DNA from: Thermodesulfobacteriota bacterium
GTDB lineage: Bacteria; Desulfobacterota_D; UBA1144; Nemesobacterales; UBA2774
Reading direction: 5' to 3'
NCBI GenBank assembly: GCA_965216785.1
Contig: OZ244197.1
Location: forward strand, 2,528,001-2,592,000
DNA: 64,000 nt
Position 1 is the stretch's first letter, and the number at the start of each line of letters is the position of its first letter. Both the position numbers and the translations under genes were made by a program. Of the stretch, positions 19,058-28,147 are shown piece after piece. The notes below the pieces were generated by a model that had not been told where the DNA came from, searched no databases, and saw nothing but the letters and a program-made list of their open reading frames with translations.

Positions 19058-19975
19058 TTATTCAACAACTAAAGTGCAGCTAACTACTCTATCTTCACCG
19101 TCAACATTTATAATACCTTCTGGTAAGAGATTATTTTCCATAAGTGTAATATCGGTGATGATTCCGGATACAGTATCAATGTTAAAATTTCCTATCTCGA
19201 TCTCTTCACAACTTACGCTGGTACAATCTAAAGCAGTGCAATTAGGCTCGGTCATGTCTATTGTTCCACCCAGGAAGCTACAGGGTGTATTCTCGCATCT
19301 ATTAAGCAAGGATTCCGCCAGACATTCGGAATTTGGAAAATTGAAAACTGAATTACAAACATCTTCCACTCTGATAAAACTCACAGGGACATCTCTTTTC
19401 ACCACCTCGACTACAGAGGAGCCAAAAAACCTAGCTTCAGATGATTCTAAATCGCTATTAGTATCAGTTATGACTGCTATGAGCTCAGTTCCGAATTCAA
19501 GAATAGTTACTACCTCGGTGCCGAATTGCCTTGTTCCTTTCAAAGAAATAATGACCATATTCTCAGAAAAGTTCACATCTGGAATATCAAAAATATTATC
19601 TTTAAAGAAGCAGCTGTTTCGAAATCTATTCCAATCATGTTGTGTCTTTATTACAAGCCCACTATCTTCCCAGCGGCATTCGGGAGGTAAGAATGGAAGA
19701 AATATTGACCGGCCTAAAGTTCTAACTATTTCATTAAAATCTAATTGCCGGAGGAAGTCCGGACGGTTTTCCTGCTCTTGGATTATCTCTCCAATAGTTC
19801 TATCGTTCACTGAGGAGGTGCTGCCACCTTCATTTTCATCAAAGCAGGGGTTAGAAGATAACTCTGAGAAGCACCTGTTAATGGTATCTTGATCACCACC
19901 CCCATTACCACAGCTGCCGTAGAGTGATAGTAATAAAAACGGAATGAGAAAAATAAGAACGTATTTCATTATCAT
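19058..19975 (-). CDS. Predicted lipoprotein with a PrcB-C-like central domain and a Cys-rich C-terminal domain
   Basis: Signal MKYVLIFLIPFLLLSLYGSC. VIKTQHDW...PDVNFSENMVIISLKG resembles PrcB C-terminal domains (inference). Cys-rich C-terminus. Confidence 0.7.
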   Translation of the reverse strand: MIMKYVLIFLIPFLLLSLYGSCGNGGGDQDTINRCFSELSSNPCFDENEGGSTSSVNDRTIGEIIQEQENRPDFLRQLDFNEIVRTLGRSIFLPFLPPECRWEDSGLVIKTQHDWNRFRNSCFFKDNIFDIPDVNFSENMVIISLKGTRQFGTEVVTILEFGTELIAVITDTNSDLESSEARFFGSSVVEVVKRDVPVSFIRVEDVCNSVFNFPNSECLAESLLNRCENTPCSFLGGTIDMTEPNCTALDCTSVSCEEIEIGNFNIDTVSGIITDITLMENNLLPEGIINVDGEDRVVSCTLVVE

Positions 19976-20034
19976 CCCCTAATACAAGAGTGCCATAAAA
20001 TAAATTAAATACAACACTAAAAAAGTAAGGGGAT

Positions 20035-20754
20035 TTACGAGTCTTTCATCCAGTCTCTGGCGTCAAATTCTTTGCCATTTTCACCAATCGACTCGTCTGA
20101 AGCCAGGTAGACGAAAACGGGGGAAATATCGAGCGGGGTAGGGAGGGTATTTGGGTCTTCCTCGGGGTAAGCGCCTGCTCTCATATCGGTCCTGGTACCT
20201 CCTGGGTTTACTGAATTAACTCTAACTTTATAAGGCTCCATCTCCTGGGCGAGTATCTGAGTGAGCGCTTCAACACCGAATTTTGAAGCGGAGTAAGCTC
20301 CCCATTCTTTTCTTCCTTCTCTGCCCACAGTAGAGCTTACATTGATGATTGAGCTATTTTCAGACTTTATTAATAAAGGGAGTAGGGCTTTTGTGACGAA
20401 AAACTGTGCGTTAAGGTTAATATGTATTACTTCTTCCCATAAATCCTCTGGATAATCCATTATCTTAGCTTTGATTCCTAATATACTGGCATTATTAACC
20501 AATATATCCAGTTTGCCCCATTTTTCTTCAATTTCAGCGGCCAGGCGCTTTACATCATCCTTATTGGTTATATCAGCGCTGACAAAGCTGATATCTCCGT
20601 ACTCAGACAGCTCCTCATGAGCGGCCTGAAGCGAGTCCTCATTGCGTCCGCAAATAATTACCTCGGCTCCTTGCCTTAAATAAGCCTCGGCAATGCCTTT
20701 ACCAATTCCTTTACTACCACCTGTAATCAGTGCTTTTTTGTCTTTGAGTTTCAT
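20035..20754 (-). CDS. Short-chain dehydrogenase/reductase (YciK-like)
   Basis: TGGSKGIG, NNASILG, WGAYSASK, NPGGTRTDMRAGAYPEEDP. Confidence 0.9.
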   Translation of the reverse strand: MKLKDKKALITGGSKGIGKGIAEAYLRQGAEVIICGRNEDSLQAAHEELSEYGDISFVSADITNKDDVKRLAAEIEEKWGKLDILVNNASILGIKAKIMDYPEDLWEEVIHINLNAQFFVTKALLPLLIKSENSSIINVSSTVGREGRKEWGAYSASKFGVEALTQILAQEMEPYKVRVNSVNPGGTRTDMRAGAYPEEDPNTLPTPLDISPVFVYLASDESIGENGKEFDARDWMKDS

Positions 20755-20804
20755 AGCCAGAGAATATTACCCGTAAATTAAAGATGTGGAAGCACCTGTA
20801 TATC

Positions 20805-21506
20805 TTACTTATTTCGCTTTTCGTATGCTTCATCCACACTCTTATGCATCGTTAACAGCTTTGGTAGGCCTATGGTAAAATCCCAAAGCGCGTTTAGTCC
20901 GGATCGCATTAATACTCTAATGGCAAGCGGAATAGAAGGTGCGCCAGGCTCGAAATGGTCTTGCTCGTGGATTTCATTTCTTCCTTCAGACAGCACTTTT
21001 TGAACATTAGGCGGCATGTTCCAGTCGCTCCTGAAAATAACAGTGCCTTCAGGGTTTATTATATAAACCGCGTCCGGAAAAGAGCCGTAAAGCTTATGCG
21101 CGTTCCCGTTAAGCGTATCTACTAGAATTGTCCTACGCTCGTTTTCTTCACCGGACAGTCTTTTAGCGTGTTTTATTTTTTCCTCAATCGATGTCTGGTG
21201 CGGAACGTTCGAGCCGGGATGCGCTTCTCTTACATATAGGACTAGGAACCGGACGTCCTTAAACTCCTCGGCCAATACGTTCATCTTCTTGATATTTCCG
21301 ACGTACATCGGACACGAGAAACTTCCGGTTTCTAGCACTAGCCAGGCTCCAAAGTAATCCGACAGCTTTACTTTCTCACCGTCAAGTGCGAACGCTTCGA
21401 AATCCTGGACTTTTTCTCCAGGCTTTGGACCTTTGAAATCGAAGAAATTATAGTATTCCGGTTTGAACTTGCAGTAATTATATTCTTCAGTACTTGTATC
21501 GGTCAT
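20805..21506 (-). CDS. Thioredoxin-fold, iodothyronine-deiodinase-like protein (Cys form)
   Basis: LETGSFSCPMY, YVREAHPG, LVDTLNG..H..YGSFPDAVYII match the deiodinase/peroxiredoxin-like pattern. Confidence 0.7.
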   Translation of the reverse strand: MTDTSTEEYNYCKFKPEYYNFFDFKGPKPGEKVQDFEAFALDGEKVKLSDYFGAWLVLETGSFSCPMYVGNIKKMNVLAEEFKDVRFLVLYVREAHPGSNVPHQTSIEEKIKHAKRLSGEENERRTILVDTLNGNAHKLYGSFPDAVYIINPEGTVIFRSDWNMPPNVQKVLSEGRNEIHEQDHFEPGAPSIPLAIRVLMRSGLNALWDFTIGLPKLLTMHKSVDEAYEKRNK

Positions 21507-21611
21507 TTAATTGCTTCTCCCTCCATGGATATTTAACTAATATTACGTCCTAAACTCTGAATCTCATAATGAGGTGATTTGTGAAAGTTAATAGGTAACA
21601 TATAAGCAATT

Positions 21612-21941
21612 ATGGACAAAAAAGTTGATGAATATATAGATAAGCAAAAAACTCCTCAAAAAGAAGTTTGCAGGAAGCTAAGGGAGATTATTTTCAAAAC
21701 TTTTCCTGAAATTCAAGAAGAGATGAAATGGGGAGTGCCGTCTTACGAGAATGGCAAATATTATTTTGTCGGGCTTAAAAACCATGTGAATCTTGGTTTT
21801 TCATTAAAAGGATTATCAAAAGAGGAAATTGCTCTTTTTGATGGTGGTGGAAAAACGATGAAACATATAAAGATTAACTCTTTGAAAGATATTGACGAGA
21901 AGAGGGTTATTAAGTTGCTAAAGATGGTAAAGAATAAATAA
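21612..21941 (+). CDS. DUF1801/YdhG-like protein
   Basis: VDEYI...LREII...EEMKWGVPSY...KNHVNLGF...MKHIKI pattern. Confidence 0.8.
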   Translation: MDKKVDEYIDKQKTPQKEVCRKLREIIFKTFPEIQEEMKWGVPSYENGKYYFVGLKNHVNLGFSLKGLSKEEIALFDGGGKTMKHIKINSLKDIDEKRVIKLLKMVKNK

Positions 21942-21998
21942 TTCCTATCAGTAAGGGGCTGAACCGCATAACCTCAGCGGCTTAGATATTAAAATATT

Positions 21999-22676
21999 CT
22001 AATCTGTTTTCACTTCCACATCAGTGAACCATACTCTGAAATTTTCATCCACCCCTTTGTGGTCTAGAGAAATTATAATAGGGCCGAATTTTTGGTTATC
22101 TTCCCATGTGGAAACTCTTGTGGGCTCATCAGCGCCGCCGCGGCGGTATATCCACTGTAATATCATATAATTTTCATCTATATAGAGCTCGTAAACATCT
22201 CCGGGAGTATAGCCTCCCGTATCCGGATATATTACTTTGACCCTTGTTGTAAGTCCGCTTCCTAGCGGCAAATTTACCTTTTCTTCATCAACTTCGACTC
22301 TAATCCCTTCATCCCAAACCAGATGGAAGGGGAACACGAGCCAGTACTGATCGTTTATGAACCATGAGTCAACTTCTTTTAACTTATCCGGATCTTTAGA
22401 AAGAATGTCTCTATTATAAGAAACGTCCTGTTTAACGCCGTCGATTTCAAGAAGCCTCACTTTATTTTCTTTAGGCATCCACGCCCAGGAGCGCTTTACT
22501 TTCTGGTGTCCGATCTTCGCGTTAAACGTATAGCTTAACTCTATAACTTCGTCGAAGTCTTCGATCCCGTACGCCTGAGCAATTTTCTTACCAATCTCAG
22601 ACTCAACCGCTTGAGACTCGCTCAGCGAGCAAAGAATGAATAGAGATATTGTAACAATCCAAAACTGTTTTTTCAT
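21999..22676 (-). CDS. Secreted hypothetical protein
   Basis: N-terminal signal peptide; conserved-looking WFINDQYWLVFPFHLVWD and GGYTPGDVYELY segments. Confidence 0.7.
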   Translation of the reverse strand: MKKQFWIVTISLFILCSLSESQAVESEIGKKIAQAYGIEDFDEVIELSYTFNAKIGHQKVKRSWAWMPKENKVRLLEIDGVKQDVSYNRDILSKDPDKLKEVDSWFINDQYWLVFPFHLVWDEGIRVEVDEEKVNLPLGSGLTTRVKVIYPDTGGYTPGDVYELYIDENYMILQWIYRRGGADEPTRVSTWEDNQKFGPIIISLDHKGVDENFRVWFTDVEVKTD

Positions 22677-22767
22677 GAGATATCCGCCTTGTATATATTG
22701 TAACTTTGATAATATCCTATCTTACTTTTAGGCACAAATTCAGCATATTTTACATGATACCGACATA

Positions 22768-22795
22768 AAGTCCGATAAGGTATATTATGTAAACT
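22768..22795 (+). other. dif: dif-like XerC/XerD chromosome dimer resolution site
   Basis: AAGTCCGATAA-GGTATA-TTATGTAAACT has the 11-6-11 layout. The right arm is close to the E. coli XerD arm TTATGTTAAAT. It is intergenic, and KOPS-like octamers invert across it. Confidence 0.85.
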
Positions 22796-22924
22796 AACAA
22801 TTCATACAATTATTCCAATACTCTCTACAACGGGATCACTGGACTTGTGAGAAGTAGTCCCCGGCTACGAGAACAAGTAACGTTCAAAAAAAGAGGCTCA
22901 TTTATTACCTGAAAAGATTTGTGT

Positions 22925-23359
22925 TTACCTCTTTGCAGCTCTTTTAGTAGTTTTCTTAGCCGTTGTTCTTTTGGTTGTTTTTGTAGCCGCTCTTTTAGTA
23001 GTCTTTCTAGGCTTGCTGGCCGCTCTGCGTTTGGGTTTTTCATTTTCCTCAAGCGCTTTCTTACCACCCTCGACAGCGCCCAGCGCCGCAAACTGCATGA
23101 CTTTTGTAGCTTTATTCAGGACATCAGCTGAGTTTTTCATAATATCGGCCGTTGAATCGCTTACTTTTTTAGCGACATCTTCAGACAACTTTGTAAAATG
23201 ACTTTTTCTAGTCATACCAATTTTATTGCTTAAATTGATAATATCATCTCTGATATCTTCAAAATGCTGCATGATGTCTTGCATGCTTTTATCTTTTGGC
23301 TTAGTTGATTTCCTAGCCCTACTCGTTTTAGCAGTCCTGCCGGTTTTACTTGTTGCCAT
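22925..23359 (-). CDS. Basic histone-H1-like protein with K/R/T/A-rich termini
   Basis: C-terminus KPKRRAASKPRKTTKRAATKTTKRTTAKKTTKRAAKR, basic N-terminus, helical core; GGAGG RBS upstream. Confidence 0.7.
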   Translation of the reverse strand: MATSKTGRTAKTSRARKSTKPKDKSMQDIMQHFEDIRDDIINLSNKIGMTRKSHFTKLSEDVAKKVSDSTADIMKNSADVLNKATKVMQFAALGAVEGGKKALEENEKPKRRAASKPRKTTKRAATKTTKRTTAKKTTKRAAKR

Positions 23360-23543
23360 CTTAAACCTCCGTACTTTGTAGTTTTTGTTCTGAGCCTATG
23401 TCACTGCTTAAAAACATTATAATAAAATAATTAGGAACTGCCTAGCAAGCAACTCTATTTATCATTGATATATAAACAAATATTTCTTGATTCGGAATAC
23501 TTAGAGTTTGATAAAGAGGCTAAGAGTTTAAGAGCTCAAAGGT

Positions 23544-24617
23544 TTATTGACCCTTGGTTTTTATTATTGTTACGTGGCCCATTTTACGCCCGGCGCGGGC
23601 TTCTGATTTTCCGTAGAGATGTATACACGCGCCGTCTTTTCTATAGTACTTCTTAATTTTCTCGACCTCTGATCCTATGAGGTTTATCATCACAGCGTCA
23701 GAGTGGCGCTCGGACGAGCCTACAGGGAGACCGCACACAGTGCGTACGTGCTGCCCGAACTGTGAGACGGCGCAGGCGTCTATGGTCAAGTGGCCCGAGT
23801 TATGGGTGCGGGGAGCAATCTCGTTTGCCAGAATGCGCCCGTCCTTTGTGACGAACATCTCTAGCGCAAGCACTCCTACAAGTCTCACTTTCCGAGCCAG
23901 CAGCAGCGCCTTGTCCCTGGCCTGCTTTGCCAAATCCTCGGGTATGCCCGCCGGCAAGGTACTTTGCGAGAGAATGTGATTTTTATGATCGTTCAACATA
24001 GGGCCGTAAATAGCTGTCTGCCGCTTTACATCCCTTGCAACGATGACTGATATCTCGCAGTCAAAATCAATGGGCTCTTCCGCTATAAGTTCATTTGAGC
24101 CGAGCTTCTTCCAGCTCTTTTTCGGTGAGTCCCCTGCCCTGTGAACAAGCTGCCCTTTGCCATCATAACCGAACCGGGTGGTTTTTAAAATAACATCACC
24201 GAGTCCCATATCACGGACCGCGGCACCTATATCTTCTGCTTTCCTTACAGGCGCCCATCTCGCCGTGGGGATGCCTATATCGTTTAAAAACTGTTTCTCT
24301 TTAATCCTGTTCTGTGATATTTCAAGAAGTTTATCGTCGGGGTAGACTGGTTTAATATCTTGAATGTAGCGGACGGTTTCATACGGAATGTTCTCGAACT
24401 CGTAAGAGACCACATCCACGCTCTCGGCAAATGCCCTTAGTTTTCTTTTATTGTCGTAAGCTCCTACGAAAGTTCTGTCCGCTACCTGGCCCGCCGGGCT
24501 GTCTTGCTCAGGACAGTATATATGCACCTTGATACCGAGCTCTGCCGCCGCCAATGCGCTCATCCGCCCGAGCTGCCCTCCCCCTAATATCCCCAGCGTT
24601 TTAGTTTCGAAACTCAT
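23544..24617 (-). CDS. purK: N5-carboxyaminoimidazole ribonucleotide synthase
   Basis: [41 protein letters not shown]...RKMGHV. Confidence 0.96.
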   Translation of the reverse strand: MSFETKTLGILGGGQLGRMSALAAAELGIKVHIYCPEQDSPAGQVADRTFVGAYDNKRKLRAFAESVDVVSYEFENIPYETVRYIQDIKPVYPDDKLLEISQNRIKEKQFLNDIGIPTARWAPVRKAEDIGAAVRDMGLGDVILKTTRFGYDGKGQLVHRAGDSPKKSWKKLGSNELIAEEPIDFDCEISVIVARDVKRQTAIYGPMLNDHKNHILSQSTLPAGIPEDLAKQARDKALLLARKVRLVGVLALEMFVTKDGRILANEIAPRTHNSGHLTIDACAVSQFGQHVRTVCGLPVGSSERHSDAVMINLIGSEVEKIKKYYRKDGACIHLYGKSEARAGRKMGHVTIIKTKGQ

Positions 24618-25144
24618 GACTTCTTTTTGCGTGGGGTAGCCGGGGATTTTTTATTAGGCCTGATCTTAATACTCGCTGTTTGCTTTTTACGGAATGCCTC
24701 AAGCTTCTCGGCCACTTTATTGTCCTCTGTCGACAGGATAGACGCCGCCAGGAGGGCCGCGTTCTTAGCCCCCGCTGTGCCTATGGCGAGCGTGCCTACG
24801 GGTATGCCACCCGGCATCTGCACGATGGAAAGGAGACTGTCTAGCCCCTTTAATGTTCTGCTCTCGACCGGAACTCCAAGTACAGGGAGAGTAGTCATGC
24901 TGGCCGCCATTCCGGGAAGATGGGCGGCTCCCCCTGCGCCCGCGATGATAACTTTTAGACCGCGCTCCCGAGCTGTCTTGGCATATTCGTACAAGCGGTC
25001 TGGAGTACGGTGGGCCGAGACTATTTTAGTCTCATATGGTATTTTCAGCCCGTCGAGCGATTCCGCCGCGTGCTTCATAGTTTCCCAGTCGGACTGAGAG
25101 CCCATAATGATCCCTATTAGTGGCCTGCGTTTTGAAATGGTCAT
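24614..25144 (-). CDS. purE: N5-CAIR mutase
   Basis: [38 protein letters not shown]. Confidence 0.97.
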   Translation of the reverse strand: MTISKRRPLIGIIMGSQSDWETMKHAAESLDGLKIPYETKIVSAHRTPDRLYEYAKTARERGLKVIIAGAGGAAHLPGMAASMTTLPVLGVPVESRTLKGLDSLLSIVQMPGGIPVGTLAIGTAGAKNAALLAASILSTEDNKVAEKLEAFRKKQTASIKIRPNKKSPATPRKKKS

Positions 25145-25318
25145 ATCCGTGCGCTCAGATGTGAAAAATAAAAAAGATGTTACGGAAAATAACTCAAAAA
25201 GTCAAAAGGGCCAAAATTAGAATAACCCGGCGCTCTACCATGCAACGGGCACACTCAAATATTAATATGACAATCAATTCACTTGATGATGACAGGCCGA
25301 TAGTCTATCTTAAGGATT

Positions 25319-26248
25319 ATGCTAAGAACCAAGCATAAAGATAATATCTACTTCATAACCCAGCCTGATCATGCGGCGGTGTCCGGGTATTTCGCTGCGC
25401 ACTGGGGAAACGACGAGTTCACGCGTCCCGGGTATTACGCTCCCAGCAAAGACCCTGAGCAACTCCGTGCTGAAACTGTACTGGGCATTGCCGAGCACGA
25501 TAACGGCTGGTGGGAATGGGAAGCGACTCTCGGAGAGGATGCAGAGGACGGCCTGCCCAAGGGCCTTACAACGGTACTCAAGAACCAGGAAGAAGGGATG
25601 AACAGATGGAGGCTCGGGATACCGAGGCTGAGTGAGAAACATCCCTACGCTAGCCTCCTTATCAGCTACCACGCCTATTGGCTCTACGCTCACTCAAGTA
25701 GAGCCGAGACGAACGAAGCGTTCATTCACCCCCTGTTCTGGAAAGGCACAGACCTCTATGCTGAGGACTCAAAACCCGGATTAGAAGGAGAGGCCCTTGA
25801 GAACGCGCTTAAATTTGTAGAGGAAGTAAGAGGCTTACAAGAAAGTCTGAAATCACAGATAAATGCGAACGAAAATAAAAACGACTGGCTGAGCGACGGC
25901 AACTTACTGCCGCACGCAAGACTGATACAACTGCTGGACGGGCTTTCGCTCTCAATATGCTCGAACCTCATCCCGGCCAGTGATGGAGAATCAAAGGGCC
26001 TTGGGCAGGACGAATTTAACCTACTGAACGTGCCGAGGAAGAGCTGGGACGACCGTGTGGCAATGAAAGTATATCCCAAGGGAGAGAGGAATATCGGGCT
26101 TGACCCCTACCCCTTCGATTTAGACCCTCTCAGAGTAAGCGTTCCTACCAGGATTGTAGAAGGCCCGGCAGATAAACCCTTGTGCCTCTACCCCTTCTGG
26201 CATTCCATACCCCTGCAGCTGATCGAGTATGAATTCAGCTCTGGTTGA
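25319..26248 (+). CDS. DUF3891-family protein
   Basis: ITQPDHAAVSG..AAHWGN, IAEHDNGW, YASLLISYH, LQLxDxLSL-like segment, PYPF. Confidence 0.7.
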   Translation: MLRTKHKDNIYFITQPDHAAVSGYFAAHWGNDEFTRPGYYAPSKDPEQLRAETVLGIAEHDNGWWEWEATLGEDAEDGLPKGLTTVLKNQEEGMNRWRLGIPRLSEKHPYASLLISYHAYWLYAHSSRAETNEAFIHPLFWKGTDLYAEDSKPGLEGEALENALKFVEEVRGLQESLKSQINANENKNDWLSDGNLLPHARLIQLLDGLSLSICSNLIPASDGESKGLGQDEFNLLNVPRKSWDDRVAMKVYPKGERNIGLDPYPFDLDPLRVSVPTRIVEGPADKPLCLYPFWHSIPLQLIEYEFSSG

Positions 26249-26365
26249 CGCATTTCTTCTACATAAGCTAAAGCGTAAAATTAAGTAACCCCCTTGAACA
26301 AGTCGGGATAAGTTATTATATTTACTCTAATTTACTTTTAATATTTCTTGGTCGAGGAAAGATCT

Positions 26366-26728
26366 ATGCCGATATACGAATATGAGTGTAAAAACTGCGG
26401 AATCCAATTAGAAGAGCTTCAGAGCTTCAGCGACCCGCCCCTTAAAAAGTGCCCTAACTGTAAAAAGAATAAGCTTGAAAAGATGATATCGCTATCATCG
26501 TTTAAACTAGAAGGCACCGGCTGGTACGCCACTGATTATGTGAAAAAACCGGGCATTCCGCCTCAAGCAGCCGACCAGAAAAACCCTGCCGTTTCTGACG
26601 GCGACGGAAAAGCGGACGGCGCAGCTAAAACAGTTGCAGAATCGGGCAGCCCTTCGAGTCCGAGCGAGACATTTAAGTCGATAGAAAAAGAGACCAAGAA
26701 AGCGAAGTCCAAAGCCAAATCGGCTTAA
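26366..26728 (+). CDS. FmdB-family zinc-ribbon protein
   Basis: MPIYEYECKNCG...CPNC...FKLEGTGWYATDY followed by a low-complexity tail. Confidence 0.88.
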   Translation: MPIYEYECKNCGIQLEELQSFSDPPLKKCPNCKKNKLEKMISLSSFKLEGTGWYATDYVKKPGIPPQAADQKNPAVSDGDGKADGAAKTVAESGSPSSPSETFKSIEKETKKAKSKAKSA

Positions 26729-26847
26729 AGTTTTAGTCACCCTCCCCTACCGAAAGAAAGTTTTCTCTTTGATACTGTAAAAGATTATTGTACTTACCCC
26801 CATGTATTGAGACTTCCATAATTTTAGGTTTATAATAGATACCCATT

Positions 26848-27639
26848 ATGGATATGGGAATAAAAGACAAAGTTGCCATAGTAGCCGCATCGAGCAAAGG
26901 CCTGGGTAAGGCTGTAGCTATGGGGCTTGCACACGAGGGCGTGAAAGTGACAATCTGCGCCCGTGGTGAAGATGAGCTTAAAAAGACTGCCAGTGAGATC
27001 GAATCCGAGACCGGAGCTCAAGTGCTGGCTGTACCATGCGATGTTTCCAAATCAGAGGAAATAGAAAACGTAGTCGCAGAGACAGTTAATAAATTTGGGA
27101 CTGTTGACATAATGGTGAATAACGCGGGAGGCCCTCCTGTAGGGTTGTTCGAGGAGTTTTCCCTCGATGATTGGCACAAGGCAGTCGAGCTTAACCTCTT
27201 TAGCACCATCACATTCTCTAAGCTAGTCATCCCTTATATGAAAAAGAGCAACTGGGGCAGGATTATTAATATGACCTCCTACACCGTAAAGGAGCCTGTG
27301 GACGGTCTTATACTGTCAAACACAGTAAGAGCTGGAATAACAGGACTCACCAAGACATTATCTAACGAGCTTGGGCCTCATAACATTCTTGTGAATAACG
27401 TAAGCCCGGGAAGGATCCATACGGACAGAATCACACAGCTTGCCCAGGAGAGAGCTAAACGAAGCGGAGCAAGCTTTGAAGAGGCGCTTAAGAGCATGGA
27501 CGACGGTATACCGCTTGGAAGAGTCGGGCAGCCCCGCGAGTTCGCAAACCTGGTAGTTTTTCTTGCCTCAGAGCGCGCGAGCTACATTACAGGCGATACG
27601 ATACTAATCGACGGCGGACTAAGTAAAGGAATCATGTAG
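26848..27639 (+). CDS. Short-chain dehydrogenase/reductase (FabG-like)
   Basis: AASSKGLG, NNAGGPP, LSNTVR variant active site, SYITG. Confidence 0.9.
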   Translation: MDMGIKDKVAIVAASSKGLGKAVAMGLAHEGVKVTICARGEDELKKTASEIESETGAQVLAVPCDVSKSEEIENVVAETVNKFGTVDIMVNNAGGPPVGLFEEFSLDDWHKAVELNLFSTITFSKLVIPYMKKSNWGRIINMTSYTVKEPVDGLILSNTVRAGITGLTKTLSNELGPHNILVNNVSPGRIHTDRITQLAQERAKRSGASFEEALKSMDDGIPLGRVGQPREFANLVVFLASERASYITGDTILIDGGLSKGIM

Positions 27640-27646
27640 CCAGGGA

Positions 27647-28147
27647 ATGAAACTCTACCCTCCACAAAAAAACATGTCTGTACTCTATCTGGCTTTGGCA
27701 TGTCTTCTTTATTATTTCATCGCAACAGGGTTGCTGTCATCCAATACATATATATACAATACGGAATATACATAGTATGTAGAGTTATATAAAGATGGCC
27801 GCTCTATAATGCATGTTATAGATACATCCTCTGTAAAGGATATATTCGATAGATATAATATTGAAATAAAGAACGGCGACAAAATTATTATAGACGAAGA
27901 CGGCAGCATTAAAACCGGGAGGATAAGCGGCGTCAAAAGCTTATCTCTAGGTGTCCCAATCGGGATTAACTCCGCCCCGGCTAAGGACCTTACTGCTCTT
28001 CCCGGAATCGGGAGCAAAACAGCAGAGCGCATTATCACCTACAGGGAAAACTCAGGGGGCTTTAAAAGCCTTGAAGAGATAGATAACGTTGTGGGAATCG
28101 GCGAAAAAACTCTGGAGTCTCTAAAGGGCAAGATAAGCCTTGACTAG
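27647..28147 (+). pseudogene. comEA: ComEA-family helix-hairpin-helix DNA-binding protein interrupted by an in-frame TAG
   Basis: The frame from ATG 27647 encodes a hydrophobic anchor (SVLYLALACLLYYFIATGLL), hits TAG at 27773-27775, then continues in frame into INSA..DLTALPGIGSKTAERII.YRE..GGFKSLEEI..V.GIGEK HhH motifs. Confidence 0.7.

Noticed and set aside
27773-27775. Pyrrolysine or genome-wide TAG recoding
   Set aside because: TAG terminates intact genes here (for example aceE, lpdA-2 and der), and no pyl genes are in the window.
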